A DNA stretch of 64,000 nt, taken from positions 1,408,001-1,472,000 of the forward strand of contig OZ242365.1 in NCBI GenBank assembly GCA_965208905.1, given 5' to 3'. Shown here piece after piece: positions 63,596 through 64,000 of the stretch. The stretch is from Nitrosopumilaceae archaeon (GTDB taxonomy: Archaea; Thermoproteota; Nitrososphaeria; Nitrososphaerales; Nitrosopumilaceae). Every line of letters begins with the position of its first letter. Position 1 is the stretch's first letter. The notes below the pieces were generated by a model, which did no database searches, was not told where the DNA came from, and saw nothing but the letters and a program-made list of their open reading frames with translations. The position numbers and the translations under genes were made by a program.

Positions 63596-64000
63596 ATGAA
63601 TAACCAAACTAATGCCCAAAAAATAAAGGCTGCCCTAAAACAGACTAAGAGTACAACGCAATACGCCCGTATCGTAGCCGTAAATATGGTGCGCGTTAAA
63701 GGATATACCGTCTCTGCGGCAGCGGATGTGCTTGGTGTAGATCGTAGCACCATATATGATTGGCTTAATGTCTACGACCATAAAGGCCTGGATGGCCTCG
63801 CCGATGGTGCGAGGCCTGGCCGTCCATCTTTCGTACCGCGCCACACATTAGAGAATATAATTAACAATACCAAACAATTCACCGCCTACGGATTTGTTAA
63901 ACTGGCTGAGAAAAAGACCGGCATAAAATACAGCGAATCGCAAGCGCGCCGTATCCTTAGGTCTCTTGGGTTTACCATACGGAAGACTCCCCGGATATCC
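63596..64000 (+). mobile_element. IS630-family transposase, N-terminal HTH part (runs off the window)
   Basis: Manual translation ...AADVLGVDRSTIYDWL...GLDGLAD..RPGRP...RRILRSLGF; not in the ORF track. Confidence 0.85.

Noticed and set aside
63548-64000. IS630 transposase as the mobiliser of the TnpB elements
   Set aside because: IS630 duplicates TA, which does not fit the 8-bp TSD and GGG ends.

Overview
A 64-kb chromosomal segment from an ammonia-oxidising archaeon of the Nitrosopumilaceae/Cenarchaeum type. The assignment rests on a thaumarchaeal-type 16S-23S operon without 5S or spacer tRNA, HP/HB-cycle methylmalonyl-CoA mutase/epimerase, an exosome operon and ppdK. A host-associated lifestyle such as sponge symbiosis is only an inference from the secreted repeat proteins and IS load. 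Core blocks alternate with accessory blocks: secreted repeat proteins (11-18.5 kb), a defence island (18.5-32.8 kb), an inverted-repeat-bounded cassette (39.8-42.3 kb) and TnpB/IS elements. Four observations stand out. (1) A TnpB gene sits in an element with terminal inverted repeats and an 8-bp target-site duplication, i.e. DDE/IS1595-like ends instead of IS200/IS605 ends; a second TnpB shares the same ...TAATTCCC end, duplicated in inverted orientation. (2) An archaeal invertible (shufflon-type) Type I R-M locus has four palindromic recombinase-like sites, a single movable HsdS C-terminus and an embedded HicBA module. (3) A stand-alone, structure-preserving copy of the 23S rRNA L1 stalk lies inside a 56-bp inverted-repeat-bounded cassette. 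(4) A dispersed GTGACC/GAGTGG repeat family marks accessory-gene borders. All alignments were done by eye and no database searches were run.
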